Of a DNA stretch of 64,000 nucleotides, positions 1 to 9,752 are shown piece by piece (the first letter of the stretch is position 1; each line of letters opens with the position of its first letter). The notes under the pieces were generated by a model. It had not been told where the DNA came from and did not search any database. It was given only the letters and a program-made list of their open reading frames with translations. The translations under genes and the position numbers were made by a program. The DNA is from Nitrospirota bacterium (GTDB taxonomy: Bacteria; Nitrospirota; Thermodesulfovibrionia; Thermodesulfovibrionales; JdFR-88), in the NCBI GenBank assembly GCA_021789935.1, contig JAJYIR010000006.1, positions 9,271-73,270 on the forward strand, read 5' to 3'.

Positions 1-11
1 TAATAAAATAA

Positions 12-44
12 AAGGCGGACCGGTATGGCCCGCCTTGATTTTTT
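12..44. terminator. Bidirectional intrinsic terminator at the 3' end of rplS
   Basis: aaggcgg (12-18) is the exact reverse complement of ccgcctt (30-36). An A-rich run (1-13) lies upstream and a T-run (39-44) downstream, so a hairpin plus U-tract forms on either strand. Confidence 0.6.
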
Positions 45-80
45 CAGATCCCGCTTTTTATATTAAAGCGCTTTGCGGGC

Positions 81-431
81 CTATTTCTTTACGAGCTGTC
101 TTTCCTTGAGCTTCGCGGCCTTGCCCTTCTTCTCCCTGATGTAATAGAGCTTGGCATGCCTTACCTGCCCAAACCTTACTATCTTTATTTCCTGTATGAA
201 GGGGGAATGCAGGGGGAAAATTCTCTCCACCCCTACGCCGAAAGAAATCTTTCTTACCGTGAAAGTCTCCCTGATGCCGCCGTTTTTCCTGGCGATGACG
301 GCCCCCTCGAAAGGCTGTATCCTTTCCTTGTCCCCTTCTATGACCTTAATAAAGATGCGGACCGTATCGCCCACGCTAAAAGCGGGGACTTCCCGCCTGT
401 ATCCTTCATCAATGCTATTTATCAGATTCAT
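81..431 (-). CDS. rplS: 50S ribosomal protein L19
   Basis: 116 aa with a recognisable L19 sequence ([35 protein letters not shown]). SD aaggagg lies upstream. Classic trmD-rplS synteny. Confidence 0.95.
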   Translation of the reverse strand: MNLINSIDEGYRREVPAFSVGDTVRIFIKVIEGDKERIQPFEGAVIARKNGGIRETFTVRKISFGVGVERIFPLHSPFIQEIKIVRFGQVRHAKLYYIREKKGKAAKLKERQLVKK

Positions 432-1164
432 ACTCTTCCTCCTTTATCCTGCGAATAAGTTCAAGCTCTTCCGGGGCCAGCCCCGCTTTCTCAATAAGCT
501 CAGGCCTGTTATTCAGGGTCCGTCTGAGCGCCTCTTTCCTTCTCCACCGGGCTATCGCGGCGTGATTGCCGGAAAGAAGCACCTCCGGCACCTTCAGCCC
601 GTTCCACTCGGGCGGCCTGGTGTACTGGGGGTAATCCAGTATCCCCCATGAAAAAGACTCCTCTTTCAGGGAGTCCTCATCTCCGAGCGCCCCGGGCAAC
701 AATCTGACGACGGCGTCTATTATAACCAAAGCAGGCAGCTCTCCGCCAGTTAAAACGTAATCTCCCACTGATATCTCTTCATCCACAAGGCTTTCCCTCA
801 CCCTCTCGTCAATGCCTTCATACCTGCCGCAGATGAAAAGGAGCCGTCTTTTTTCCTCCGAAAGCGCCTGTGCCATCTGCTGGGTGAAGGTCTTGCCCTG
901 GGGGCTGACCAGCACGGTCCGGGTAGGCAGCCCGTCTCTTGTGGCATATTTCAGGGCCTCCTGCAGGGGCTCCGGCTTCATCACCATCCCCGGCCCTCCT
1001 CCGTAGGGATAATCGTCTACAGTCCTGTGCCGGTCCGTGGCAAAATCCCGCAACTGGATGATATCAAAGATCGCGACCGGCTTGTCAGCCGCCCTTTTCA
1101 TGATGCCCGCGCCCAGATATGCATGGAACATCTCCGGGAAAAGAGTTATGACTGAAAGCCGCAT
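415..1164 (-). CDS. trmD: tRNA (guanine37-N1)-methyltransferase
   Basis: 249 aa with TrmD hallmarks [28 protein letters not shown] and [12 protein letters not shown]. Overlaps rplS by 17 nt. Confidence 0.95.
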   Translation of the reverse strand: MRLSVITLFPEMFHAYLGAGIMKRAADKPVAIFDIIQLRDFATDRHRTVDDYPYGGGPGMVMKPEPLQEALKYATRDGLPTRTVLVSPQGKTFTQQMAQALSEEKRRLLFICGRYEGIDERVRESLVDEEISVGDYVLTGGELPALVIIDAVVRLLPGALGDEDSLKEESFSWGILDYPQYTRPPEWNGLKVPEVLLSGNHAAIARWRRKEALRRTLNNRPELIEKAGLAPEELELIRRIKEEEYESDK

Positions 1165-1297
1165 CTTTCCTTCAAAAAAGGAAACAAAAAGGGGAATTTT
1201 CCGGCATCCCCCGTTTATTTCCCTGTTTTATTTTTTTTGAAAATTTAAAAGTTTTACTGTGTCCCGGGGATTTTCTTTCGAAGAAAAAATCCTTAGT

Positions 1298-1528
1298 CTA
1301 CTCGAGTATCTCAAGGACGCAGCGCTTCCCGATCTTGGTGCCCGCCGCGCCAAGTATGGTCCTCATGGCCTTGGCGGTCTTGCCCTGCTTGCCGATAACC
1401 TTGCCCAGGTCGCTTGTATCCACCCTGAGTTCGTATACCGTAGTCCTCTCACCTTCCACTTCGGCTACCGAGACGCTCTCCGGCTTGTCAACCAGAGCCT
1501 TTGCCATCGCCTCAATCAGACTTTTCAT
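1298..1528 (-). CDS. KH-domain RNA-binding protein (YlqC/UPF0109-like)
   Basis: KH GxxG motif in [19 protein letters not shown] moved the start to Met27 of the 102-aa ORF (MKSLIEAM), which follows a purine-rich gggggtggggga tract. It sits between rpsP and trmD as in many bacteria. Confidence 0.8.
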   Translation of the reverse strand: MKSLIEAMAKALVDKPESVSVAEVEGERTTVYELRVDTSDLGKVIGKQGKTAKAMRTILGAAGTKIGKRCVLEILE

Positions 1529-1550
1529 TCCCCCACCCCCCGGAAAAGCT

Positions 1551-1567
1551 AAAATGGATAGCGAGCG
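1551..1567 (+). repeat. Copy 1 of dispersed 17-nt intergenic motif AAAATGGATAGCGAGCG
   Basis: aaaatggatagcgagcg in the rpsP/KH-gene spacer. Its reverse complement faces the downstream minus-strand gene. Confidence 0.7.
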
Positions 1568-1688
1568 TATTCCCCCGCAAAAAAACCTTTTCCGCCGCGG
1601 GGCCAAGCGAGTGCATACGAATAGAAAAAATCCCGAACCCTCAGGATTCCCGGGATTTTTTCCGCCCCCCGGGAACCTTAAAATATCT

Positions 1689-1934
1689 TCAGGCTGTAAG
1701 CACGCCTGCCCTCACCAGCAGTCTCTTAACCGTATCTGTAGGCTGGGCCCCCTGTTTCAGCCATTTGCTGGCCTTATCCTGGTCCACTTTCAACTCAAAT
1801 GGGTTCTTCTTGGGATCGTAAGTGCCCAATATTTCCACAAAAGGGCCGTCGCGGCGAGCCGCTGAATCGGCAACGACAATCCTGTAAAAGGGGGCCTTAT
1901 GCGCTCCCATCCTCATCAACCTTATCTTTACCAA
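1689..1934 (-). CDS. rpsP: 30S ribosomal protein S16
   Basis: 81 aa starting [30 protein letters not shown], typical of S16. First gene of the rpsP-trmD-rplS cluster. Confidence 0.95.
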   Translation of the reverse strand: MVKIRLMRMGAHKAPFYRIVVADSAARRDGPFVEILGTYDPKKNPFELKVDQDKASKWLKQGAQPTDTVKRLLVRAGVLTA

Positions 1935-2073
1935 AACAGACTACCTCCGTATTGAAATCAAAGCAAGGTAATTTTAATATATTCCTTCATTAATGTAAAG
2001 CCCTGAATTTTTATATCAAATTTGCCTGCGAATCACCTGCAGCCAGATTTTTCCCGTGGTGCCCCCGCAAAAA

Positions 2074-2101
2074 TTGACATAAAAAATCCTTGCGCTAGCA
2101 T
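2074..2101 (+). promoter_or_regulatory. Putative sigma70 promoter for the PfpI-family gene
   Basis: TTGACA (2074-2079), 16-nt spacer, TAGCAT (2096-2101), about 55 nt upstream of ATG 2157. Confidence 0.4.
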
Positions 2102-2156
2102 TTAATCATCAGCAGGGCGGGGTTGTCAAATATCGCTTTGCCGAAGGAGGATAAAA

Positions 2157-2666
2157 ATGAAAATACTGATATTGAGCGCTAACGATTTCGAGGACATGGA
2201 GCTTTTTGTTCCCTATTACCGCTTTAAGGAAGAAGGGTTCGCTGTGGACGTGGCCTCAAAAAAAAGGCAAACCCTGGAGGGCAGGCACGATTATGAGATA
2301 GAGGCCAACCGCGCTTTTGATGAGATCAACCCGGAGGAGTATGATATGCTCTTCCTGCCCGGCGGAAAGGCCCCCGCGAAGGTCCGCAAGGAAGACTCCG
2401 CGCTCCAGATAGTGCGGCACTTTATTGACAAGAACAAGCCCATCGTTACCATCTGCCATGGCCCGCAGATAATGATTAGCGCGGGAGTCGTCCATGGCAG
2501 GCATATGACCTGCTGGCCGGAGGTGTCAAAGGAGCTTAAGGAGGCCGGCGCCATTTACGAGGACAAGGAAGTAGTGGTGGACGGCAACATCGTTTCCTCC
2601 AGGATGGCTTCGGACCTGCCTTTGTTCCTGCGGGAGGTCATGAAAAAGGCCACGGCAACTGTCTGA
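2157..2666 (+). CDS. DJ-1/PfpI family intracellular protease/deglycase
   Basis: 169 aa with the conserved nucleophile elbow PIVTICHGPQI and the LPGG motif. SD gaaggagg upstream. Confidence 0.85.
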   Translation: MKILILSANDFEDMELFVPYYRFKEEGFAVDVASKKRQTLEGRHDYEIEANRAFDEINPEEYDMLFLPGGKAPAKVRKEDSALQIVRHFIDKNKPIVTICHGPQIMISAGVVHGRHMTCWPEVSKELKEAGAIYEDKEVVVDGNIVSSRMASDLPLFLREVMKKATATV

Positions 2667-2780
2667 CCTTTTGGTTTTTTTTGGCATTTTATTCGGGAGC
2701 AGGGTGCCGGAAACCCCGGGCGACAATAAATCGGGCACAATTAAAAGTCCCGCCTTCCGGCTGCTTCCTCCCGAATTCCC

Positions 2781-3689
2781 TTATATGCTTCCCGGTATGC
2801 CGGGGAGAGAGGATTTCTGTTTTTGCGGAGAGGCCGCCTGTTGTGGGGTCTGTATCTCGCTGCCTTTCATGCTGCCGGACAATATTCCCTTGAGGTCAAC
2901 ATGCGTTGCGCCGTAAATCATTACGCAAATCGCCACGACCAAACCCGCTGCTGTTATTAAGGTCCATCTTTTTTTCTGCCTCTCAGCAGGTTTGGGTACA
3001 ACCCCCTTGATTCTGGACAGCTCTTCATAAAGCTGCGAGGTGTATGTAATCAGGTATGGCATGAATAAAAGCGAAAGGAGCGACCCTATCACAGGCAGAT
3101 AACTAAAAGCGAAAGAGAGCACCCAGACGGCAAGGAGCCTGGCAAAAACGGGCCACCAGAACCCTTTTACGTATTCCCTGCTTTCAAGCAGGGCGTTTAT
3201 GCCGGTATCTCCCCTGCCGGCAAGAATGAAAACAGAGAAGGAAAACCAGACCATCATCACCACCCCGGGAACGACCAGAAAAACGAACCCGGCAATCGTA
3301 AGGGCGAAGAAAAACAGGTAAAGCCAGAAGAATTTCCTCACGGATTCCGTCGCCCTCCGGAGCACGATCCTTACGCCGGCAGCCGGGTCTGAAACGGCAT
3401 AAATAAAAGCAGCCTGTCCCCAGATCGAAACCAGGACGCCAATTATAGCTCCCGCGATTATCCAGGCCATAATAAAGGGGTTTAACGGGTGAGGTGAAAT
3501 CTTGTATACGAAAAAGCAGAAAGCCGATATGAGCATTAGAGGGGTAAGATAAAAAATATAGACGAGGCTGAAAACAGGAAACCTCATCCTGTAGAGACGC
3601 CAACTCCTGCCGAAAAGCTCACCGATGCCGCTGAGCTTTTCCTGCCTGCCTGCTCCGGGCAGACCCTCTGTTGTTTTCCCCTCTTCCAT
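2781..3689 (-). CDS. Polytopic membrane protein of unknown function
   Basis: 302 aa with about 6 hydrophobic helices and a hydrophilic Gln/Ser/Pro-rich C-terminus. I recognise no catalytic motif. Confidence 0.6.
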   Translation of the reverse strand: MEEGKTTEGLPGAGRQEKLSGIGELFGRSWRLYRMRFPVFSLVYIFYLTPLMLISAFCFFVYKISPHPLNPFIMAWIIAGAIIGVLVSIWGQAAFIYAVSDPAAGVRIVLRRATESVRKFFWLYLFFFALTIAGFVFLVVPGVVMMVWFSFSVFILAGRGDTGINALLESREYVKGFWWPVFARLLAVWVLSFAFSYLPVIGSLLSLLFMPYLITYTSQLYEELSRIKGVVPKPAERQKKRWTLITAAGLVVAICVMIYGATHVDLKGILSGSMKGSEIQTPQQAASPQKQKSSLPGIPGSI

Positions 3690-3942
3690 CGATTATGAAT
3701 GTTTGCCGGGCGTATTTACGCGGCAATAAGACATGCCAAGCGGGCGAAATCTCAAACAAGGCTCCTTAACAAGATTTTTTTGAAAGGGATATCCGGCTGT
3801 AAGCTAACTTATTAAACGGATTCATGTCAAACTGGACCAGGCAGGACACCGGTTTTTTTAGAATTTACCCTGCAGCATAAACCGGCCGTTTGATAAAAAA
3901 ACCGCTTAACAGACGAGGACGGTAATTGCCAAGTGCGGCATA

Positions 3943-5091
3943 TTAAGTGCGCACGTACCTTTTTTTATGGGGATACCGTTTCGCCCTGAATATCCGCGAG
4001 TGATGATGCCGCCTGAGGATTTTTTCCCCAAGTTCCTTGACGCGGCGCTTCGCGGTCAGATGTCTCCGTCTCGAGAGCCTCCGGCCCCTGATCATACGCC
4101 TCTTGAAATGCACTCTTGCATGTCTTCTTAAACGCCTCTTGGCGCGCACTCTTACATATCTTCTTAAATGTCTCTTGAAATGCACCCTCAAACGCCGCCT
4201 GGCATGCCGCGCAGGTTCGTAAGAGGTAAGCACTACAGGGCTTTTGATCGGAGATTCATAGATCTCTGGCTGCGCCTGGCCGTCTGCCACCTGCACGCTT
4301 TCATCAAGCAGCTTACGCCCGTCGCTCCATAGATGGCCCCTTACCCGCTCGCCAAGCAGAGATGTGACTATTGTACAGTCACCCTTCGAGGCGGCGAAGA
4401 CAAGGCAATGTTCCGCAGCCCGGGTGTAACCTGTTTTCCCGCCTATGAGTCCCTCATTGGACCACAGCAGCTCATCCGTATTCCTCAGGTATAAATGCCT
4501 GCCCCCAACGGTAAGATCTCTTTCCTTTGTGTTTATTATCTGTTTGATAAGGGGATATTTGAGAGCGCTATCCAGTATGATCGCAAGGTTTTCCGCAGTG
4601 ATGTACTGCCCCGGGGCGGGCAGACCAGTGGCATTGACGAACCTTGTATTTTTTGCGTTCAGGGAGGCAGCCTTCTCGTTCATCAGCTTTGCAAAGGAGC
4701 TTTCGGAGCCCGCAACCGCTTCCCCAAGCGCCACAGCCGCGCCGTTGATGCTGCGCATCAGGGCCAGGTACAGGAGGTCCCGGACAGTTACCCTGTCGCC
4801 GGGCCTCAGCCTGGGCGCAATAGACGGAGTGTATGCCGCGTCTTTGCTTACAACCACCACCTTGTCAGGGCTCAACCTGTCCAGCACAACCATTGCAGTG
4901 ACCAGCTTTGTTGTGCTTGCGGGCATTAGTTTCACATCAGGGTTTTTGGCATACAGGATCCTGTGCGTCTGCCCGTCCATGACGACTGCCGCCCTGGCAG
5001 AAACCGTAACGGTCTGGGCATTGGCGCCCTGGGAAAACAAAGCGCAGATCAAAAAAGATAAAACGGCAAATTTGGAAATATATCTTTTCAA
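3943..5091 (-). CDS. D-alanyl-D-alanine carboxypeptidase (peptidase S11, PBP5/6-like) with Arg-rich C-terminal tail
   Basis: Signal peptide MKRYISKFAVLSFLICALFSQGANA. Motifs SxxK (ASTTK), SxN (SIN) and KTG (GKTGYT). The last 89 residues are 32 Arg, 9 Lys and 10 His. Confidence 0.85.
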   Translation of the reverse strand: MKRYISKFAVLSFLICALFSQGANAQTVTVSARAAVVMDGQTHRILYAKNPDVKLMPASTTKLVTAMVVLDRLSPDKVVVVSKDAAYTPSIAPRLRPGDRVTVRDLLYLALMRSINGAAVALGEAVAGSESSFAKLMNEKAASLNAKNTRFVNATGLPAPGQYITAENLAIILDSALKYPLIKQIINTKERDLTVGGRHLYLRNTDELLWSNEGLIGGKTGYTRAAEHCLVFAASKGDCTIVTSLLGERVRGHLWSDGRKLLDESVQVADGQAQPEIYESPIKSPVVLTSYEPARHARRRLRVHFKRHLRRYVRVRAKRRLRRHARVHFKRRMIRGRRLSRRRHLTAKRRVKELGEKILRRHHHSRIFRAKRYPHKKRYVRT

Positions 5092-5366
5092 GTGGGTCGA
5101 GCGGCGGCAGCTAAGTCCTTCGTCCTTCAGATGGAACCCCTTTCCGGGAATCGGGTTCTTACGTGCGTCAATCCAAAACAGCTCCCGTTAGTGATTCTAT
5201 AATATCCACCAAAAAAAATAAACAAAAAATATCACGATGGCCTTTTCTTTTGTGTGCAGGGCCCTGCATGCCGGGCACCTGATTTTAATTGATCCTCCAA
5301 CCTTTTTTATTCCCTGCGGGAATCGAATGTTCGGATTTACCGCTTTTTCTGAATTAGCCCGCTAAC

Positions 5367-5383
5367 CGCTTGCTATCCATTTT
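5367..5383 (-). repeat. Copy 2 of dispersed 17-nt motif (AAAATGGATAGCAAGCG on minus strand)
   Basis: The plus strand reads cgcttgctatccatttt, one mismatch to copy 1. It overlaps a TTGACT -35-like hexamer (5382-5387) upstream of lysA. Confidence 0.7.
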
Positions 5384-5419
5384 GACTTTGTGGTGCGGAC
5401 TGTGTTAAAAAAATCGATT

Positions 5420-6664
5420 ATGCATTACTTCACCTACAAGGGCAATGAACTCTACGCTGAAGACGTCCCGCTTGAAGCTCTGGCCCGCGAATACGGAACA
5501 CCCCTTTATGTCTACAGCAAGAACACGGTGCTGAGGCATATAAAGGCCTATAAAAAGGCCTTTTGCGACCCCGGGGGCATTCTCTGCTTCGCGCTGAAGG
5601 CAAACTCCAATGGCGCAATCCTTAAGCTCCTTGCTGAAGAGGGGGCCGGGGCGGACATAGTTTCAGGGGGGGAGCTGTTCAGGGCGCTCAGGGCCGGAAT
5701 CTCTCCGGCCAGGATAGTTTACGCCGGGGTGGGGAAAACGGCTGAAGAGATCGCCTACGCGCTTAAGAAAAAAATCCTCATGTTCAATGTGGAATCCGGC
5801 GAAGAGCTGGAAATGATAAACCGGGTCGCAGGCGGGCTTGGCATGAAGGCCCCGGTGGCCCTGCGGGTAAATCCCGATGTCGACCCTCGCACCCATCCGT
5901 ACATATCCACTGGAATGAAAAAATACAAATTCGGCGTGCCGGTAGAAGATGCCCTGGAGTTTTACAGGAGGGCGGCAGGTATGGAGCACATCCTGGTGCG
6001 GGGCATTCACCAGCACATAGGCTCTCAGCTCACGGAGGTGGCTCCTTTCAGGGACTCCCTGGAAAAGGTCCTCAACTTAATCGGGCAGCTGAGGGCAGCC
6101 GGCATTGATTTGACGCATCTTGACCTTGGAGGCGGGCTTGGCATACGTTACAGTAAAGAGGAAACCCCCCCGGTGCCGGGAGAATTGGCCAGCGGCCTTC
6201 TTCCCCTCCTGAAGAAGGTTTCAGGCCTTACCGTAATAGTGGAGCCCGGGAGGTCCATTATCGGCAACGCCGGGGTGCTGCTTACGAAATGCCTCTACAG
6301 GAAAAAGACGGGAGAGAAAAATTTTGTTATCGTGGACGCCGGGATGAACGACCTTCTGAGGCCCTCACTCTACGGCGCTTTCCATGAGATCCTTCCGGCC
6401 AGAAAAGAAAGGCGCGGCTCGCAGGTGGCGGATGTTGTGGGCCCCATATGCGAGAGCGGGGATTTCCTGGCCCGCGACAGGCGGCTTCCGATAGTGAAAG
6501 AAGGAGAGATACTCTGCGTGATGGGCGCCGGGGCCTACGGTTACAGCATGAGCTCAAATTACAACTCCCGCCCACGGGCGGCCGAAGTGATGGTGGACGG
6601 GGACAGCCACCATCCGGTAAGAAAAAGAGAAACCTACAAGGACCTTATAAAGGGAGAGCTCTGA
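5420..6664 (+). CDS. lysA: Diaminopimelate decarboxylase
   Basis: The ORF opens at GTG 5390; I prefer ATG 5420 (MHYFTYKG). Group IV decarboxylase motifs FALKANSN, GGGLGI, EPGRSI and CESGD. dapF and dapA follow. Confidence 0.9.
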   Translation: MHYFTYKGNELYAEDVPLEALAREYGTPLYVYSKNTVLRHIKAYKKAFCDPGGILCFALKANSNGAILKLLAEEGAGADIVSGGELFRALRAGISPARIVYAGVGKTAEEIAYALKKKILMFNVESGEELEMINRVAGGLGMKAPVALRVNPDVDPRTHPYISTGMKKYKFGVPVEDALEFYRRAAGMEHILVRGIHQHIGSQLTEVAPFRDSLEKVLNLIGQLRAAGIDLTHLDLGGGLGIRYSKEETPPVPGELASGLLPLLKKVSGLTVIVEPGRSIIGNAGVLLTKCLYRKKTGEKNFVIVDAGMNDLLRPSLYGAFHEILPARKERRGSQVADVVGPICESGDFLARDRRLPIVKEGEILCVMGAGAYGYSMSSNYNSRPRAAEVMVDGDSHHPVRKRETYKDLIKGEL

Positions 6665-7581
6665 TGGGTGAGGCGGGCATGGAAAACTCAAAAAACTCAA
6701 CCACAAAAAAAAGGACCCTACGTTTTACCAAGATGCAGGGCACAGGGAACGACTTCGTCCTGCTGGACGCGGTCTCAAACGATTTCTGCGGGTTAGATTT
6801 TGCGTCCCTGTCCAGGAAACTCCTGGACAGGCATTTCGGGGTGGGCGCTGACCAGCTGCTTGTACTTCTTCCCTCACAGGAAAAAGAAAAATCCCGCCTT
6901 CGCATGCGCATCTTCAACGTGGACGGCAGCGAGGTACAGATGTGCGGAAACGGCATAAGGTGTCTCGCCAAATATATCTGGGCCCGCGGCCTTGCCCCGA
7001 AAACAAAAAAACTTGAGATCGAGACCCTTGCAGGTATAATTGTACCTGAGGCAAAGGACGGGCTCGTCCGCGTGGACATGGGCACCCCGCGCCTTGAGGG
7101 CCGTGAAATCCCCGTGCAGATAAACGGGAAGATGATCGACTATCCCCTTGAAATCGAGGGGGCGCGCTTTTCCATCACCTGCGTTTCGATGGGCAATCCG
7201 CATGCGGTCATTTTCGTGAAGGACGTTGCCGGATTTCCCGTGGGCCTTTACGGGCCCCGGATCGAAAACCACCCCCTGTTCCCGGCACGGACAAACGTGG
7301 AATTTATACAGGTGGCAAGCAAGGGACGCATAAAAATGCGCGTATGGGAGAGGGGTTCAGGCGAAACTCTGGCCTGCGGCACCGGGGCCTCAGCGTCTGT
7401 TGTGGCTTCAGCTCTGAAGGGCCTCACCTCGAGGCGGGTGGAGGTGGAGCTGACTGGCGGACGGCTGGATATAGAATGGGCCGTGGACGGGCACGTTTAT
7501 ATGACCGGCCCTGCGGAAGAGGTCTTCGAAGGGGAGTTTTTTTTGTTTTTTCCAGAAGAAAAGGAGGAGACACATGTTTGA
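6664..7581 (+). CDS. dapF: Diaminopimelate epimerase
   Basis: The frame is open from 6448 inside lysA. The plausible start is ATG 6664 (ATGA overlap with the lysA stop) or ATG 6679. Contains FTKMQGTGNDFVLLD and catalytic Cys motifs CGNGIRC and ACGTGA. Confidence 0.9.
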   Translation: MGEAGMENSKNSTTKKRTLRFTKMQGTGNDFVLLDAVSNDFCGLDFASLSRKLLDRHFGVGADQLLVLLPSQEKEKSRLRMRIFNVDGSEVQMCGNGIRCLAKYIWARGLAPKTKKLEIETLAGIIVPEAKDGLVRVDMGTPRLEGREIPVQINGKMIDYPLEIEGARFSITCVSMGNPHAVIFVKDVAGFPVGLYGPRIENHPLFPARTNVEFIQVASKGRIKMRVWERGSGETLACGTGASASVVASALKGLTSRRVEVELTGGRLDIEWAVDGHVYMTGPAEEVFEGEFFLFFPEEKEETHV

Positions 7582-8449
7582 AGGTTCCATGGTCGCCATG
7601 GTGACCCCGTTTAAGAAAGGCAAGCTGGATGAGAAGGCCTTCGTGAACATGGTCAAATGGCAGATAGAGGAAGGTACGAATGCAATAATACCGTGCGGCA
7701 CGACAGGCGAGTCCGCAACACTGGACTACGACGAGCACTACCGCGTAATAGAGCTTGCTGTGAAGGCGGCAAAGGGCCGCGTTCCAGTAATAGCCGGGAC
7801 CGGGGCAAACTCAACCGAAGAGGCCATACAGATAACCAAAAAGGCCGTCCGCCTGAAGGCGGACGGGGCGTTGCTTGTCTCCCCCTATTACAACAAGCCA
7901 ACCCAGGCCGGCATATACCTGCACTATAAAGCTGTCGCGGATTCAGTGAAGGGTTTCCCCCTCATACTCTATAATGTGCCAGGCAGGACTGCATCGAACA
8001 TCCTGCCCGGGACGGTAGCAAAGCTTGCCGGGATAAAAAACATAGTCGGCATCAAGGAGGCGTCCGGGGACATGAAACAGGCAAGCGAGATCATCGGCCT
8101 GTGCGGAAGCGATTTTACGATACTCTCCGGCGACGACTTTACCAATTTCCCTCTCTACGCACTTGGCGGAAAGGGATGCATATCGGTCAGTGCCAATGTG
8201 GCCCCCGGCCTGCAGGCCCGGATGTGGCATGCCTGGAAGGCCGGCGACATAGAGGGGGCAAGAAAGCTCCACTACCAGCTTGAGCCCTTGAACAAGGCCA
8301 TGTTCATAGAAACAAATCCCATACCGGTGAAGACCGCGCTTGCGATGATGGGGAAAGTAAGAGAAGAGTTCAGGCTCCCGCTATGCACGCTGTCAGAGGA
8401 AAACAGGAAAAAGCTGGCCAAGACGATGGCCGCCTGCAAACTGATTTAA
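7574..8449 (+). CDS. dapA: 4-hydroxy-tetrahydrodipicolinate synthase
   Basis: 291 aa with GTTGES, YNVPGRT and GIKEASG (Schiff-base Lys). SD aaggagga. Overlaps dapF by 8 nt. Confidence 0.95.
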   Translation: MFEGSMVAMVTPFKKGKLDEKAFVNMVKWQIEEGTNAIIPCGTTGESATLDYDEHYRVIELAVKAAKGRVPVIAGTGANSTEEAIQITKKAVRLKADGALLVSPYYNKPTQAGIYLHYKAVADSVKGFPLILYNVPGRTASNILPGTVAKLAGIKNIVGIKEASGDMKQASEIIGLCGSDFTILSGDDFTNFPLYALGGKGCISVSANVAPGLQARMWHAWKAGDIEGARKLHYQLEPLNKAMFIETNPIPVKTALAMMGKVREEFRLPLCTLSEENRKKLAKTMAACKLI

Positions 8450-8468
8450 AACAAAAGATTCCATAAAA

Positions 8469-8508
8469 GAAGGGCCGCAGGTCAAAGCCATCTGACCTGC
8501 GGCCCTTC
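8469..8508. terminator. Bidirectional terminator between dapA and the helicase gene
   Basis: A perfect 16-bp stem, gaagggccgcaggtca (8469-8484) against tgacctgcggcccttc (8493-8508), with an 8-nt loop. It lies between convergent genes. Confidence 0.8.
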
Positions 8509-8537
8509 TTTCTAACTGGCGGCCTTTCTTTTTTGCG

Positions 8538-9752
8538 TCAGTTCCGGAGTCTGGGTGCCGCAATTTTGGTTACGCCACGATAAGGCTGACGGCTCTGGCG
8601 GGCAAATTCCATGCCCCCGGACGGGTCAGACTTCTTGTAATCGAAGCCTTCCACCAAACGTCTTTCCACCTTTTCGCCAAGCACGCGTTCGATGCTCCTC
8701 ACCATGATCTCGTCTTCGCGCGTGACGAAGGTGAAGGCGTCGCCTGTCTTCGCGGCACGGCCGGTGCGGCCGATCCTGTGAGTGTAGGCGTCGATGGTGT
8801 CTGGCATGTCGTAGTTAATGACATGGGATATGCTTGATACATCGATGCCGCGGGCAGCGATGTCGGTCGCAACAAGAATCTGGTAATCGCCGCTCCTGAA
8901 CCCGTTGAGCGCAGCCTGCCTCCGGTTCTGGGAAAGGTTCCCCTGAAGCGATGCCGTCCGGTATCCGGCCCTGAGCAGCTGCTCCGCAACGCGTTTCGCA
9001 CGGTGCTTGGTGCGCGTGAAGACCAGGACCGAGCCCGTGCCGGTTTGGCGAAGCAGGTCAAGGAGAAGCGGTGTCTTCAGATGCTGCCCGACCGGGTAGA
9101 GAGCGTGCGCAACGGTATCGGCCGGCGCGGTATGGTCCACCTGTATCGTGACCGGCTCATGCAGGACCTCTTTGACCAGGCCGCGGATGCCCTCCGGCAT
9201 CGTTGCCGAAAACAGGAGCGTCTGGCGCTTCGCCGGTACATGTTTCATTATTCTTCGGATATCCGGAAGGAAGCCCATATCGAACATCCGGTCTGCCTCG
9301 TCAAAAACAAGCACTTCGAGATTCGACAGCGTGATCGTACGCTGGCCGATGTGATCCAGAAGACGTCCGGGACATGCGATGGCTATCTCCGCCCCCCGCT
9401 TCAGTTTCTCTGCCTGAATATGGGCGCTTACGCCTCCATAGACAGTGACGCTGCGCAGTCGTGTCTCTTTCCCAAGGCTCATGACCGCTTGATTGATCTG
9501 CTCCGCGAGCTCACGCGTCGGCGCGATGACGAGTGCGCGGACCCGGCCGCGCGGTCCTTGCATAAGCCGGTCCAAAATCGGCAGCACAAATGCGGCGGTT
9601 TTACCCGTTCCCGTTTGTGCCAGCCCCATTACATCCTGCCCTTGCATGACCGGCGGGATGGCCTGCTCCTGGATCGGAGTTGTGGTTACATATCCTGCGG
9701 CCTTTACCCCGGCCGCAACATTAGGGTGAAAATTCAATTTCTGGAATTCCAT
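8538..9752 (-). CDS. DEAD-box ATP-dependent RNA helicase (RhlE-like)
   Basis: Walker A AQTGTGKTAAF, plus DEAD, SAT and HRIGRTGR. I moved the start to Met29 (MEFQKLNF); the ORF is open to 9836. Confidence 0.9.
   Translation of the reverse strand: MEFQKLNFHPNVAAGVKAAGYVTTTPIQEQAIPPVMQGQDVMGLAQTGTGKTAAFVLPILDRLMQGPRGRVRALVIAPTRELAEQINQAVMSLGKETRLRSVTVYGGVSAHIQAEKLKRGAEIAIACPGRLLDHIGQRTITLSNLEVLVFDEADRMFDMGFLPDIRRIMKHVPAKRQTLLFSATMPEGIRGLVKEVLHEPVTIQVDHTAPADTVAHALYPVGQHLKTPLLLDLLRQTGTGSVLVFTRTKHRAKRVAEQLLRAGYRTASLQGNLSQNRRQAALNGFRSGDYQILVATDIAARGIDVSSISHVINYDMPDTIDAYTHRIGRTGRAAKTGDAFTFVTREDEIMVRSIERVLGEKVERRLVEGFDYKKSDPSGGMEFARQSRQPYRGVTKIAAPRLRN

Noticed and set aside
5192-5419. A possible lysine riboswitch upstream of lysA
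   Set aside because: There is no L-box-like conserved core or five-stem architecture, only a short palindrome (tgcagggccctgca) and the dispersed 17-nt motif.
6448-6663. A 72-codon N-terminal extension of the dapF ORF, lying inside lysA
   Set aside because: The extension overlaps the lysA 3' end out of frame and is Arg/Gly-rich nonsense. DapF homology starts near FTKMQGTGNDF, and ATG 6664 overlaps the lysA stop (ATGA).
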